The notes below the pieces were generated by a model that saw only the letters and a list, made by a program, of their open reading frames with translations, made no database searches and was not told the DNA's origin. The position numbers were made by a program, and so were the translations under genes. A DNA stretch of 64,000 nucleotides from a virus. How positions within the stretch are numbered: the stretch's first letter is position 1; every line of letters starts with the position of its first letter. This document shows positions 21,213-31,218 of this stretch, in pieces. Location: positions 2,375 through 66,374 of the IMG/VR virus record IMGVR_UViG_3300017971_000042. The stretch is one strand, 5' to 3'.

Positions 21213-21238
21213 TTTAATTTATAAACGGAGATTATAAA

Positions 21239-21808
21239 ATGAAACGTACAATATTATTAACGGCATTTCTGGTTACAGGGATCTTTTGCTTCAACGCTTT
21301 GGCTGGAGTACTAGAGATATCGCCAAGTGAAGCAATAGTAATCGAACCACCAGAGAATAACAATGACGATTATCTTGGACCAAGATTGTTACTATCATTC
21401 GCACTACCTGATTCCATTTCTGATAAAGATATTGCCCATGCTGAAATCAAGGCCGAAGGGGATTTTCCCGCTTATGACGGGATGGATATTGTCACTTTAG
21501 ACTACTATCCTGTCACCACAGAATGGAATTCAGAAGCCACCTGGGCTTATCCTTGGGCTGAAGACGGTGGTGACTTCAATGATGATATCGGAGGTTTCTT
21601 TACTGTCGAGGTTGGAGATGATCGTTTAACAATGATAGATGTCACAACTACTGTTCGTGCATGGAACGATAGCAGTTTGACTAACAGAGGTATTATCGTC
21701 ATCCCAAGAAAGTTCAATCAGGAAGCTTATACTTCCTTCAGCCAGGGAAGCTCAATCCTTTCAAACATCAAACTAAGAATCAAACAATTCAAAGGCTTCG
21801 GGCAATAA
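21239..21808 (+). CDS. Secreted DNRLRE-like domain protein
   Basis: Signal peptide, RLLLSF, VTTEWN..ATW..PW...GGDF, DVTTTVRAW...NRGI. Confidence 0.6.
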   Translation: MKRTILLTAFLVTGIFCFNALAGVLEISPSEAIVIEPPENNNDDYLGPRLLLSFALPDSISDKDIAHAEIKAEGDFPAYDGMDIVTLDYYPVTTEWNSEATWAYPWAEDGGDFNDDIGGFFTVEVGDDRLTMIDVTTTVRAWNDSSLTNRGIIVIPRKFNQEAYTSFSQGSSILSNIKLRIKQFKGFGQ

Positions 21809-21821
21809 CCATTCGACCATA

Positions 21822-21854
21822 GAGTTAGAGGGCATTCTATATGCCCTCCAACTC
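21822..21854. terminator. Hairpin between convergent genes
   Basis: GAGTTaGAGGGCAT-tctat-ATGCCCTCcAACTC inverted repeat. Confidence 0.55.
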
Positions 21855-21917
21855 CCATCTAAATCACATCATCAACTAATATGCTATATTTATACTCGGT
21901 GTAATCCTGATTAGCAG

Positions 21918-22100
21918 TTACTGCGGAGTTATTTGTATTTGGGTTTGTCGATTTAGTTGTTGGTGTTTTTCATTTCTCTCAATGCTCCACCATTTACTTC
22001 CACAATTCAAGCACTGGCGTCTTCTTTTTATTACATTCCCTGGCCTATTAATAGTTTTTTTCACTCTGATATTTTCACTTCCACAAGAAGGACATTTCAT
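21918..22100 (-). CDS. NrdR-N/Ogr-like zinc-ribbon protein
   Basis: MKCPSCGS...IKRRRQCLNCG..W. Confidence 0.7.
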   Translation of the reverse strand: MKCPSCGSENIRVKKTINRPGNVIKRRRQCLNCGSKWWSIERNEKHQQLNRQTQIQITPQ

Positions 22101-22155
22101 TTATAATTTCCCAATCTTCTATTTTAACAGGCCATAGCCTTACTTATTAAGCTCT

Positions 22156-22743
22156 CTAAACTACTCCGGCCTTCGTAATATTCACCGAATCCTTAACCTC
22201 TCCGTCTTCAACAACCGATAGTTCCACTGATTTGATATCCTTTCCATCAACACAGTCGGTCATCTTTTTAATCGATTTCTCAACATTACCTTGTAGCCTA
22301 TCGATATTGACAATCGTGCCCAATATCTTCATTCCGGTAAGCCAGCATAATTTATAAGGAAGCTCGGTTTTAAGCTCTTCGAGGAGCTTCTCAAACTTTA
22401 CCTTCAACACTAATAGATTAGAATCCTCATTCACTTGTACAAGTTTTAAGGAGGCATCTTCATTAAACCGGATATCATAATCGAAAAAAGGTTCTTTTGA
22501 AGATATAGCCTCAAACATCTGTAAATTGATAGAGGGCATTTTCTGATTTTTAAATGTATGGCTCTCTCCAGGGATCAATCCTTCATTGTCCTCGATAATT
22601 TTGAAAACTCCTGGAGGGATTAAATCCCTGAAAATCCCAACCTTATAATCCACAACGAACGCCAATGATACTCGTATCCCGTTGTTGATGTCAGTATTGA
22701 CTACAGGTTTCACCTCCCCAACAGTGCATGTTAAAACTGCCAT
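22156..22743 (-). CDS. Hypothetical phage protein
   Basis: 195-aa ORF with AGGAG RBS, within the operon. Confidence 0.6.
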   Translation of the reverse strand: MAVLTCTVGEVKPVVNTDINNGIRVSLAFVVDYKVGIFRDLIPPGVFKIIEDNEGLIPGESHTFKNQKMPSINLQMFEAISSKEPFFDYDIRFNEDASLKLVQVNEDSNLLVLKVKFEKLLEELKTELPYKLCWLTGMKILGTIVNIDRLQGNVEKSIKKMTDCVDGKDIKSVELSVVEDGEVKDSVNITKAGVV

Positions 22744-22754
22744 GTATTACTCCT

Positions 22755-23327
22755 TTATCCTTTCAACACCGTCTTCATCCTAAGTATCAATTCCCTGGCC
22801 GCCCTGGTATCCGACACCGCATCATGAGCATCTATATCGATGCCGTAATGATTACAAACGGTTTCAAGCTTTATATTGGGAAGGTCTATCTTCCCCATCC
22901 AATTCAGCCAGAAGAGTATCCGCATCGGATCGATCGGTTTATAATTGAAATACGATCCATAATATGGTTGCTCCGCTTTGCGGAAATATTCCTGTAGGAA
23001 GGGAATATCGAAACCTTCTATGTTGTAACCAGCCGGATAGAACTTATCAGAGCGATCATAGCAATCGATATATTCACTCAGCTTATTCTCAAGCTGCCAG
23101 AATGCTACATTCGGATCCTCAAATCCTGCTATCTCTTCCCTGGTTCGCTTATTGACCTTTAGCGCCTTATCATCAATCAGGTCTTTTTCATATGGCCTGA
23201 TAAGAAACTCCCCCTCTTCGACAATCTCACCATCGATATCGATGATATGGGCAAGCTGAATTATCGCATGTTTTTCCGGGTTGAGACCTGTAGTCTCCAG
23301 GTCGTAATAAAACGTTTTAACTGGCAT
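22755..23327 (-). CDS. DEDDh 3'-5' exonuclease
   Basis: YDLETTG, GYNI..FD, HDAVSD. Confidence 0.9.
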   Translation of the reverse strand: MPVKTFYYDLETTGLNPEKHAIIQLAHIIDIDGEIVEEGEFLIRPYEKDLIDDKALKVNKRTREEIAGFEDPNVAFWQLENKLSEYIDCYDRSDKFYPAGYNIEGFDIPFLQEYFRKAEQPYYGSYFNYKPIDPMRILFWLNWMGKIDLPNIKLETVCNHYGIDIDAHDAVSDTRAARELILRMKTVLKG

Positions 23328-23652
23328 CTGTTACCTCCACATCATATAATCCTAATTGTCCCCTGACCGGGAACGGATCTATCTCTCTGATATTTCTCAA
23401 CACCCAGGCATAAGCATTATTATAAACTTCACAGCAAGCCGCTTCCTCATCATGAATAGTCATCCGTCTGACATTCACCAAATCCGCTACGGCAATAGCC
23501 TGACCGGATGGTAATCCGGGAATAACCGGCTTCTTGGAAGATACTACTAACAGCTCACCGCGGTACTTTGTATCCCATGTCCGGGTCTCGATAGTCTTCT
23601 CTCCCCTGGCAATCATTGACGCCCAGGGCTGTTTAATGCTGAGTGCTTTCAT
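23317..23652 (-). CDS. ASCH domain protein
   Basis: MKALSIKQPWA..I..GEKTIETR. Confidence 0.9.
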   Translation of the reverse strand: MKALSIKQPWASMIARGEKTIETRTWDTKYRGELLVVSSKKPVIPGLPSGQAIAVADLVNVRRMTIHDEEAACCEVYNNAYAWVLRNIREIDPFPVRGQLGLYDVEVTDAS

Positions 23653-24122
23653 TCAGACACCTCCAACATCATCGGCTTCAGTTTCTTTGGTAGATAAAGC
23701 GGATGCTGCGGATGTCCTGCTTTAGTCATCTTCAGACACATTATAGGACAATCTAATAATTCAATAACATGTTTTGCTCTATCAAGATAACCGCCATGGT
23801 TACCCCAACCTGCTATAATATCCTTCCCGCAATATTCTTTAATGACACTGTCGTTCAACTTTCCTATGGGATCGTATGTACGTTCCAATTCACTCGGGTC
23901 AGTCGCTCTCAATGCAAATAAATTGATGACATGTATCCCGCCATATCCCCAGTCACATGCATAACCCATACAACGCCTGATCGTAGGATCGTCAAAGTTA
24001 GCATCCGCAGTACTCGGATTGAGAAGAATCAAGGTGAGATAATCTTTATTATCATTCCATACCCGCCACAAGCGATAGCGGTACTTCTTTGTAGGACTGA
24101 ATTCAGCGCCTTTGTCGATCAT
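23649..24122 (-). CDS. DUF1643 protein
   Basis: YRYRLWRVW, LNPSTAD..DDPTIRR, NLFA, HPLY. Confidence 0.88.
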   Translation of the reverse strand: MIDKGAEFSPTKKYRYRLWRVWNDNKDYLTLILLNPSTADANFDDPTIRRCMGYACDWGYGGIHVINLFALRATDPSELERTYDPIGKLNDSVIKEYCGKDIIAGWGNHGGYLDRAKHVIELLDCPIMCLKMTKAGHPQHPLYLPKKLKPMMLEVSE

Positions 24123-24376
24123 GTATCTCCTCCCATAGCTTCTAAAACTGCAGTGATCATCTCTATCTTCTCCTGCCTGGTTTTATCAGATTCAAGAATT
24201 TTTATGATACTCCTGGTGTGTGCTTTAAACTGCCGTATCTGGGCACTCTTACAATTGAGTGCATTATTCAGTGCGATAATATACGCTACATCACCGGGAT
24301 TACGATATACTTCAAGCTCATCGCAATTTGCCAGTATCTCAACCGATAATTCTTTAATCTTTCGAACGCGGTTCAA
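24119..24376 (-). CDS. Hypothetical protein
   Basis: Coupled ORF in the early operon. Confidence 0.45.
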   Translation of the reverse strand: MNRVRKIKELSVEILANCDELEVYRNPGDVAYIIALNNALNCKSAQIRQFKAHTRSIIKILESDKTRQEKIEMITAVLEAMGGDT

Positions 24377-24557
24377 TCCTTCGCCTCCTTTTACTCGCTA
24401 CCATCTTCAGATGTAAACCCATTGCATCCGCTTGTGTAATTCCAATTCGCTTCGGCTGTCCCTGCTTAGCAAGATAACTCCCTTTGCAGTAGGGACAACA
24501 GAATGCCGAATCCCGCTTATGTTCTTTACCACAATTCAAACACTTTTTTTCAGTCAT
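24354..24557 (-). CDS. Small Zn-finger protein
   Basis: CLNCG...FCCPYC. Confidence 0.5.
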   Translation of the reverse strand: MTEKKCLNCGKEHKRDSAFCCPYCKGSYLAKQGQPKRIGITQADAMGLHLKMVASKRRRRIEPRSKD

Positions 24558-24681
24558 AGATATGTCCGCCTCTTACAATTTTCCTAAGTAGCGACACCGC
24601 GGCAACGAGAATCCCGATGACAAAGAACGCTCCCGTTAGTCCGATTATGAACTCAAATAAATAATTCCAATCTATTGTCAT
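24550..24681 (-). CDS. 43-aa single-TM peptide (absent from ORF track)
   Basis: MTIDWNYLFEFIIGLTGAFFVIGILVAAVSLLRK; AGGAG RBS. Confidence 0.5.
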   Translation of the reverse strand: MTIDWNYLFEFIIGLTGAFFVIGILVAAVSLLRKIVRGGHIYD

Positions 24682-24823
24682 ATCAAACTCCTTTTGTATT
24701 TCCCGTATTAAAACGCAACATAATTTTTAACCTTAATAATCCGTGTAGCTTACACGTTCTGTTATTCTTACAATTCCAATAACTTGTATAAAACTTATCC
24801 ACTTTTATGTCGTTTTTAGCATT

Positions 24824-26197
24824 TTATAGTGCACTTTCCTGTACATGAACCTTATCTAATGCATTAAATCTTGTAGTTTCCGCATTAAACATCATTGGAA
24901 TTTCGATATCCCGGGGTCCATCCTTCTGTTTCCCTATGATGATTTCAGCATAATTTTTATGGTTTTTTTCCGGTATCCTATATACTTCCGGAGGTTTCTG
25001 CTTATGCATAACCGGACGGTATAGAAACAAAACAACATCCGCATCCTGCTCGATCTGCCCGCTTTCCCGAAGGTCCGATAAAATCGGTCGGGGATTTGCC
25101 CTATCTTCAGGTTTTCTGGATAATTGAGATATTGCGATAACAGGAATATTCAAATCTTTAGCTATCCTTCTCAACCCTCTACTGATTTTGCCGACCTCAT
25201 CGTTCCTTGTTTCCCCTTTAGATATAATCAGTTGAAGATAATCGATAATCAAGAGATCTAATCCGGATCGCGCTTTTAGTTTCTTGGCCTCCGCCCGTAA
25301 TTTGGTAATAGTATCTATTCCTTGGTCGTAGATAATCATCTGAGATACTCCGGAAGCATACTCTGCGGCTGCCTTAGTAAGTTTAGTCCATTCATCGTTG
25401 GACAGTTTGCCCATTCGGAGCTTACTCCCGGAAACTCCGGACCTGCTGCATAATATCCGTTCTGTCAAATTGACCTTGCCGGTTTCCAGCGAGGCCACCA
25501 TTACGATCTTGTTCCGCTTGGCCAGGTAGTCTCCGATATTCATTGCCAGGGTGGTTTTGCCTACCGATGGGCGCGCAGCAATGACTATGAAATCAGGTGC
25601 TCGCAACGGATTCAAGAACTTATCAAGATTCTCAAATCCGGTTCTTAATCCCGAATGCTGCTGGGAATAACTATCCATCGACTCCGTAGCGTCCAGGGCT
25701 AATTCCTTAAGCCATTTACCGCCTTTATCGTCGCCTTCGTGAATACCGAGGAGTCTCTCGTCGACGTCCAGAATAATATCCTCCGGATCCTTCGAGTCGT
25801 TAGCCAGGGAAATCATTTTATGGCCGAGGTTTCTTATTCTGAATAATTGTGATTTCCGCTTAACCACTGCACAATTGTCTGGTGTTAGTCTTGCCGTAGC
25901 TATATTCTCAGTTAAATCAATGAGATAGCGCCTGCCACCGATATCTTCCAGTTTCTGTTTCGATTCGAGGAAAGAGGCTACGGTGACGATATCAGCTTCC
26001 TTTCCCTCGTCAAAGAGCTTCTTGATAGCCTTGAAGATAAGCTTATGTTTGGTTGGATGGAAATCCTTGTATTCCAAGAGAGTCAAGGCTACCGGTATCG
26101 ACTTACTGTCTGAAAGCATACTTCCAAGTACCGATTGCTCTGCAGCTATATCCGGAGTCCAATTTAATCCCTGTTGGCTTTTGGAATTATTGCTCAT
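24824..26197 (-). CDS. dnaB: Replicative DNA helicase
   Basis: AEQSVLGSML, AARPSVGKT, IDYLQL, SQLSR, DLRESGQIEQDAD. Confidence 0.95.
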   Translation of the reverse strand: MSNNSKSQQGLNWTPDIAAEQSVLGSMLSDSKSIPVALTLLEYKDFHPTKHKLIFKAIKKLFDEGKEADIVTVASFLESKQKLEDIGGRRYLIDLTENIATARLTPDNCAVVKRKSQLFRIRNLGHKMISLANDSKDPEDIILDVDERLLGIHEGDDKGGKWLKELALDATESMDSYSQQHSGLRTGFENLDKFLNPLRAPDFIVIAARPSVGKTTLAMNIGDYLAKRNKIVMVASLETGKVNLTERILCSRSGVSGSKLRMGKLSNDEWTKLTKAAAEYASGVSQMIIYDQGIDTITKLRAEAKKLKARSGLDLLIIDYLQLIISKGETRNDEVGKISRGLRRIAKDLNIPVIAISQLSRKPEDRANPRPILSDLRESGQIEQDADVVLFLYRPVMHKQKPPEVYRIPEKNHKNYAEIIIGKQKDGPRDIEIPMMFNAETTRFNALDKVHVQESAL

Positions 26198-27083
26198 CCG
26201 TTCCCATTCCTGCGATAAGTATCTTCACCGGTTTAAATGGATTTGAGTCGGCTTTTTTCTGAGACCGCTTTCGAAGCTCCGCTACTCTCCGCTGATCACC
26301 GGCAATCGTCCGCAGCCATGTAAATGGATTATCAGGCTTCTTTCCACATTCGTAGATCGCCTGCCACAGCGTGCCGTGATCCCCAAATCCGGGATGAGCA
26401 AATCGGCCGTTATCGTTATTTAATTCGTTGATCAGCAAGCCAATCTGGGGATATGTGAGACATATATTGCCGAAGATTCTCTTTTGAATTTCTTCGATTT
26501 CACCATCCCACCATTTCTTGCTGTTCTTTTGAACTTCAGGATTAATAGGAGTTGCCGGAGGAGAAGAATTGTTTTTCGTGCCGGAATTACCCGAGGCTAA
26601 TATATCTTTTTCGTTAGAAAAAGATGTATTAGTATTAGAAGAAGAAGATGAAGAAGAAGAGAGCGCTTTTTCGGGTGTGATATCGCCGTGACTATTCCGT
26701 GACGCTCTCGACCTCTGTTGTCGTATCCTTGCTTTTTCCTTAGACTTAGATTCTTTATACATACGTCTGTTTATTAGTGTGACAATCCTGTGACGCTTTT
26801 GTGACTCATCGTGACATGTCACATCTTCTTCTTCAATTTCAATGTCAACGAATCCAAGCCTCAATCCCTCTTCTAAAAACACATCCCATTCAATACCAGT
26901 GCAATTGGCGAGCCTGATCAATTCATCCTCCGGGCCTTTTAATCTCCCTTTCACGGACGCTTTCCACATATGGCAAAGCGAGTTAATCCAGATACCTCTC
27001 GTTGAAGCACTGGCCATCTGGAGTTCAGTATCGCTTAACCAATCAGCTACATAAAACGGATATGATGGGGCTTTTCCGGGCAT
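26187..27083 (-). CDS. Phage replication initiator (DUF1376/YdaU-like N-terminus)
   Basis: PSYPFYVADWLSD..RGIWI, poly-Ser linker, internal iterons, next to dnaB. Confidence 0.75.
   Translation of the reverse strand: MPGKAPSYPFYVADWLSDTELQMASASTRGIWINSLCHMWKASVKGRLKGPEDELIRLANCTGIEWDVFLEEGLRLGFVDIEIEEEDVTCHDESQKRHRIVTLINRRMYKESKSKEKARIRQQRSRASRNSHGDITPEKALSSSSSSSSNTNTSFSNEKDILASGNSGTKNNSSPPATPINPEVQKNSKKWWDGEIEEIQKRIFGNICLTYPQIGLLINELNNDNGRFAHPGFGDHGTLWQAIYECGKKPDNPFTWLRTIAGDQRRVAELRKRSQKKADSNPFKPVKILIAGMGTDEQ
26677..26822. repeat. Iteron-like GTGAC repeats (putative origin)
   Basis: GTGAC at 26688, 26699, 26779, 26790, 26801, 26811 (about 11-bp spacing), inverted GTCAC at 26818. Confidence 0.65.
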
Positions 27084-27097
27084 TAGTAATTATACCT

Positions 27098-28828
27098 CTA
27101 AACGGTTTTGTTTTTCAATGCAGCTCCCCAACCACGTCCAGCCGACTTCTTTTTCTTAGAAGCTTTCTTCTTCGAGGTTTTAGCCTTCTTTCTCTTCTGC
27201 TTCTTCTGGAGCTTTATAGCCGCCTCCTCTTTAGCCCAGGACTTCGGGACGGGTACCGAAGCTTCGGCTGCCCTCTCGAGCTCTTTGAAATCCAGGTTGA
27301 TTAATTGACATATCCGCTTTGCATCTTTAATCTGGCAGTCAAATATATCGGATGGTTTGTGATACTTAAGTCGATCCGCAAAAACACCTATCATCGATTC
27401 CCATAGCTTCTGTATGACTTCTTCTTTACTAAACGGAGACGTCTTTTCAAATTCCTTCCAGCTATCTTCATCATTTAGTTCTGCCAAATTGTTCTGGGTA
27501 CCAAAAATGGCAGCCAGGGCCATCATCTTTTCACCTGCATGTAGATCGCGTAGGATTTGTACCGGTTGAGAACATTGAACCTCACCCGAATCATCGTCAG
27601 TAGACATATTATAGAGCTTCGATCTGATTTCGGTTAATATCTGGGCATAAACTCGCTTTTTCCGCTGTTCCTTCTTAGCCTTAAGCTTCGCTTCCGGATC
27701 CATGTTCTTGTTTATGGCCTTTTTAGTAGCGGAACTGCTCAATCCCCTGCTGTTGGGTTTAATGTACTGGAGTTCACCAAGCCCCGGTCCATTAACCACT
27801 ATTGCCGGCACAGCCTTTTTATCTCCCTTTTTAGCTTTATCCCAATCCCAACTCGGTAATACATCATCGTTCCCGCTTGTCATTCCGGAATTTGATATCT
27901 TTATAAGCTTAGGATGCTTTTCTTTAAGTGTAGCTATTCTGCCATCCAGATAAGCTGCTGTTTTCTTTTCCCAGCATTCCCTGTCCAGACACTTATCGTT
28001 CTTTTCGATAGCTTCGGGTGAGAGATCGTCCTGAAACAAGATGGCTTGGTGACCGGATCGTTTAGAGCATTTGGTGCAGGAACCAGCATCAGGATGTAAA
28101 GATTCGTCATCGAGTTTCCAGGGAGCTTTGCTGATTAGCGTCATTCTATCATTGAGTGCCTTTTCAATATCCTTTACTGTCCATTCATAAGCTTCCCAGT
28201 CATCCCCAAATTCTAAATATAAAACCAACTGCTCATCTTTTGGATATCTGGCAAATAACTCGTAATGACCGACGGACCAACCCCTAAATGGATTATCACG
28301 CTCAAAATCATTAACGGTGATTTTCTCCACTCCATTCATTACCGCTCTCCACTCCGGTATTAAGGACAGTAACTTAGACCTCCTAACTACCCAGCTTTCC
28401 GTCTTCCCGAGTGATTCCGATATCTCTTTGGTGTCCTTACCGGCTTCAATAAGCTTTTTCAGGCTTTCAGCTTCCTCAAGAGGTGAGAGATCCTCGCGCT
28501 GGAGATTCTCCGTTACATTGATAATCCCGGCCATGCGGTCGTCGACTTTAACAACTTCGGCTTTTATATGATTGAAGCCGGCAAGCGTGGAGGCTGTTAA
28601 TCGACGGTATCCGGATATCAGTTCGAATTTGCCGTCTGTCGCATGTTTAGGATGCAGTCTGACTATAATAGCGTTGATCACACCACCCATGCTTTTAATG
28701 TTATCAGCTAATTCCTGAATACTCTGGTCCTTCTTTTTTAGTTTCCGGGTGTAGTTCTTAGGGACGAGCACATCCTGGATGGCGATCAATCTTATCGCCT
28801 CTGCTTTCTGTTGTGTTACTACTTCCAT
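27098..28828 (-). CDS. ParB/RepB/Spo0J-family protein with Cys-rich extension
   Basis: ELADNIK, ISGYRR, ENLQREDLSPLEEA, HTH, CTKC...CLDREC. Confidence 0.85.
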   Translation of the reverse strand: MEVVTQQKAEAIRLIAIQDVLVPKNYTRKLKKKDQSIQELADNIKSMGGVINAIIVRLHPKHATDGKFELISGYRRLTASTLAGFNHIKAEVVKVDDRMAGIINVTENLQREDLSPLEEAESLKKLIEAGKDTKEISESLGKTESWVVRRSKLLSLIPEWRAVMNGVEKITVNDFERDNPFRGWSVGHYELFARYPKDEQLVLYLEFGDDWEAYEWTVKDIEKALNDRMTLISKAPWKLDDESLHPDAGSCTKCSKRSGHQAILFQDDLSPEAIEKNDKCLDRECWEKKTAAYLDGRIATLKEKHPKLIKISNSGMTSGNDDVLPSWDWDKAKKGDKKAVPAIVVNGPGLGELQYIKPNSRGLSSSATKKAINKNMDPEAKLKAKKEQRKKRVYAQILTEIRSKLYNMSTDDDSGEVQCSQPVQILRDLHAGEKMMALAAIFGTQNNLAELNDEDSWKEFEKTSPFSKEEVIQKLWESMIGVFADRLKYHKPSDIFDCQIKDAKRICQLINLDFKELERAAEASVPVPKSWAKEEAAIKLQKKQKRKKAKTSKKKASKKKKSAGRGWGAALKNKTV

Positions 28829-28851
28829 AGAATTCCTTTCTGCTTATCTAT

Positions 28852-29169
28852 TTAGAGTATCTCTATTATTGACGGATCTATCTCGAGTCTGTATCTCCCG
28901 GTTCTATCAGAAACAATCAGTGCACCAGCTCCACGAATATGTTCCAACAATTGCTTATGCAGGCGATGTAAATAACTGTATTGATTGTCTCCAGCCTCAA
29001 TATCGAGACGATGTATAAAACCGTCACCTTCAACGTTCTTACGTGCGACGGCAAGCTTCTGAAGATATAGCCATGACTTGTGAGGTAGCCGAATCTCTTT
29101 ATCGTTTACGAATATCGGAACTCGTCCCTTTCCCGGATCTTCGCCTATTACGAAGCTGTCGATTTGCAT
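28852..29169 (-). CDS. Putative winged-helix protein
   Basis: YLHRLHKQL...IVSDRTGRYRL resembles an OmpR-type wHTH. Confidence 0.45.
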   Translation of the reverse strand: MQIDSFVIGEDPGKGRVPIFVNDKEIRLPHKSWLYLQKLAVARKNVEGDGFIHRLDIEAGDNQYSYLHRLHKQLLEHIRGAGALIVSDRTGRYRLEIDPSIIEIL

Positions 29170-29426
29170 AATTCCTCCTGTTCCGCATCGACTACCAATT
29201 CCAGCTCTGTTGGCGGAACTCGGCTAATATCAATCCTTTTTCCGATATTACAATGAGGGCAGGTCTCGATTCCCTCTAAATCGAATCCCTGATACTTTCT
29301 GGTGATCTTCAATACGTATCCCTTCGGAATTACAAACCAGTGGTTACTGATATCCAGTAAGGTCCTAACCTTTCTCCCCTTCCAAAATCTTTCAGGCTTC
29401 CTTTTGTATTCTTTCCAGGTTATCAT
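29148..29426 (-). CDS. Hypothetical protein with CPHC motif
   Basis: ORF in the operon. Confidence 0.5.
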   Translation of the reverse strand: MITWKEYKRKPERFWKGRKVRTLLDISNHWFVIPKGYVLKITRKYQGFDLEGIETCPHCNIGKRIDISRVPPTELELVVDAEQEELCKSTAS

Positions 29427-29477
29427 CTTTTAAGTCTCGTGAATTATAAAATTATAGAATTATAGAATCGTAGAATT

Positions 29478-30371
29478 TTACGATTTCCCGATTAGCTTCC
29501 TTAAATACTCTTTCTCAGATTTCTCCTTATTCATAGCTTCTTTCCATTTTTCCATATCGAGATAATTATTAATATGCTGTTCTATTAATGATTCAATAAC
29601 CGCAGGTTCAAGTGCATCCAATTCCCAGCTGTCCCCGCCATAACGATTGATGTATTCATTCACTCGAGAGTCTGTTATTTTAGCAGGATTAGGAGGTGGT
29701 TTATACTCATCAATCTGATCCATATTAAGTGCAATCCTTTTAACCGTAACCTCAGCTTCAAACATATATAAACGATCATCTATATCCCTGGTCATGTCTA
29801 TGCCTGAGGGATCATGGTCTCCAAGATGAAGAATAATGAAATTACGATTTTCACTTATACCGTTAATATATTCTATAGAATGATCATCAATTCTCATTGC
29901 CGCATTCCACATCTCGCTTTGTGAGGTATACCCGCGACAGCTGAAATATGGAACCTGCCACTTGTTACAGACACTTTCGATTACACCCACCAATGCATCC
30001 TTTTCGATCCAAACCTCTAAGCGGAAAATCTGATCCTTCCATTTGTCGATCCTGTACGAATTGACCGCATCCCCTATGATTTCGTCAGGTGTACTCCAAT
30101 GAGCCTGTTTCTGAAGGTTTCTGGTACGATCTGATATATGGTCCCAGTCTATCAAGCCCGCAAGCCTGGCATCATTCACGATCGAACCCAGTTTTTTATA
30201 TTCTCTTTGAGTATTTGGAATGTAGCCCCGAGCAACAAATTGATAATACAGCTGCCTTAAAGTTAAATCAAATCCCTGCTCCGCATATTCATTCAGTATG
30301 ATATTTGCCATGCTTATAATGGCTTCGCTTTTAGCGGTGAATTTGTGATCTTTATATTTGATTAAAGGCAC
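29478..30371 (-). CDS. Spo11/topoisomerase VI-A-like protein (winged-helix Tyr + TOPRIM)
   Basis: LTLRQLYYQ, VWIEKDAL, RGY, GDHDPSG, WELDAL. Confidence 0.75.
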   Translation of the reverse strand: MPLIKYKDHKFTAKSEAIISMANIILNEYAEQGFDLTLRQLYYQFVARGYIPNTQREYKKLGSIVNDARLAGLIDWDHISDRTRNLQKQAHWSTPDEIIGDAVNSYRIDKWKDQIFRLEVWIEKDALVGVIESVCNKWQVPYFSCRGYTSQSEMWNAAMRIDDHSIEYINGISENRNFIILHLGDHDPSGIDMTRDIDDRLYMFEAEVTVKRIALNMDQIDEYKPPPNPAKITDSRVNEYINRYGGDSWELDALEPAVIESLIEQHINNYLDMEKWKEAMNKEKSEKEYLRKLIGKS

Positions 30372-30372
30372 A

Positions 30373-31218
30373 TCATCTCCACGGCAACTCCCTGATTCTC
30401 AAATCCTCGGGAAACTTATTTATATCTCTCACCAGCTTCCCATCGATCTCCAACTGCTTGACGAATACGGGGATTTCAAACTCCTGACATTTCCTGACTA
30501 TATGGCGAACCCATTCTATCTTGCAGGGACGGCGATCAGGTCCGGATTCGGCACCGACTACAACCCAATTGATACGTTCCGCCTTAGAGCTAATCGTAGA
30601 GTCAAGTCTCCAACGCTTTGGGGCTGGTTCCGACAGGAAACTTAAGTCTATTTCACCAATTAATGGCTCAATAGATAGCCAACGGTTGACTTCATCTATA
30701 CGAAGTAAATTATCAGTAAGCATCTGGCTAACATATTGATTACTAATCAACGAAACCCCCAGCCATAAATTGTCTCGATAGTATTCATGCTTATATTGCA
30801 TTATTTTTAATGTTCTTGACATTAAATACGGACGTTTAGTTGTAATTAGGTAGATATGTTCTGATAACACCGACATAAGGATATTCATCAAAATCCGCTC
30901 CTGAAGTTCATAAGGTACATCTTCATGAAACAAATCACACATATCGCAGATAAAGAAGGTCTTCGGTTTCCCGCCCATGCTAAGTTTTGCAAGCACTTTT
31001 TCATCGATGTAGAATTCAGTCTTTTGACCGTCGTAAGGCTTCCCCTTCATAGTCCGGAGATTAAAGCCTTCGGCCCAACAGTTAAGACATTCCGGAGCGC
31101 ATTTAGTGCAGTGATAACCGCCCCTTATATCTTTTAAAGGATTGTTAGAATGTGTCCAGTACTTCGAACCTGGTAGTGGACTTCCATTTCCTACTGTCAT
31201 CCTTGAATCAGTTCCCAA
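30373..31218 (-). CDS. DUF5131 (Gp37/Gp68) radical-SAM-like protein
   Basis: CTKCAPECLNCWA, MCDLFHE, TKRP, SIEPL, WVVVGAESG, FVKQ. Confidence 0.88.
   Translation of the reverse strand: MGTDSRMTVGNGSPLPGSKYWTHSNNPLKDIRGGYHCTKCAPECLNCWAEGFNLRTMKGKPYDGQKTEFYIDEKVLAKLSMGGKPKTFFICDMCDLFHEDVPYELQERILMNILMSVLSEHIYLITTKRPYLMSRTLKIMQYKHEYYRDNLWLGVSLISNQYVSQMLTDNLLRIDEVNRWLSIEPLIGEIDLSFLSEPAPKRWRLDSTISSKAERINWVVVGAESGPDRRPCKIEWVRHIVRKCQEFEIPVFVKQLEIDGKLVRDINKFPEDLRIRELPWR

Noticed and set aside
13195-21808. Composite transposon explaining the island
   Set aside because: There is only one IS3, internal and with its own target duplication, so it inserted independently of the island boundaries.
29441-29480. 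Short TTATAGAA tandem repeat
   Set aside because: Only 3-4 degenerate 8-mers with no spacers; not CRISPR-like.
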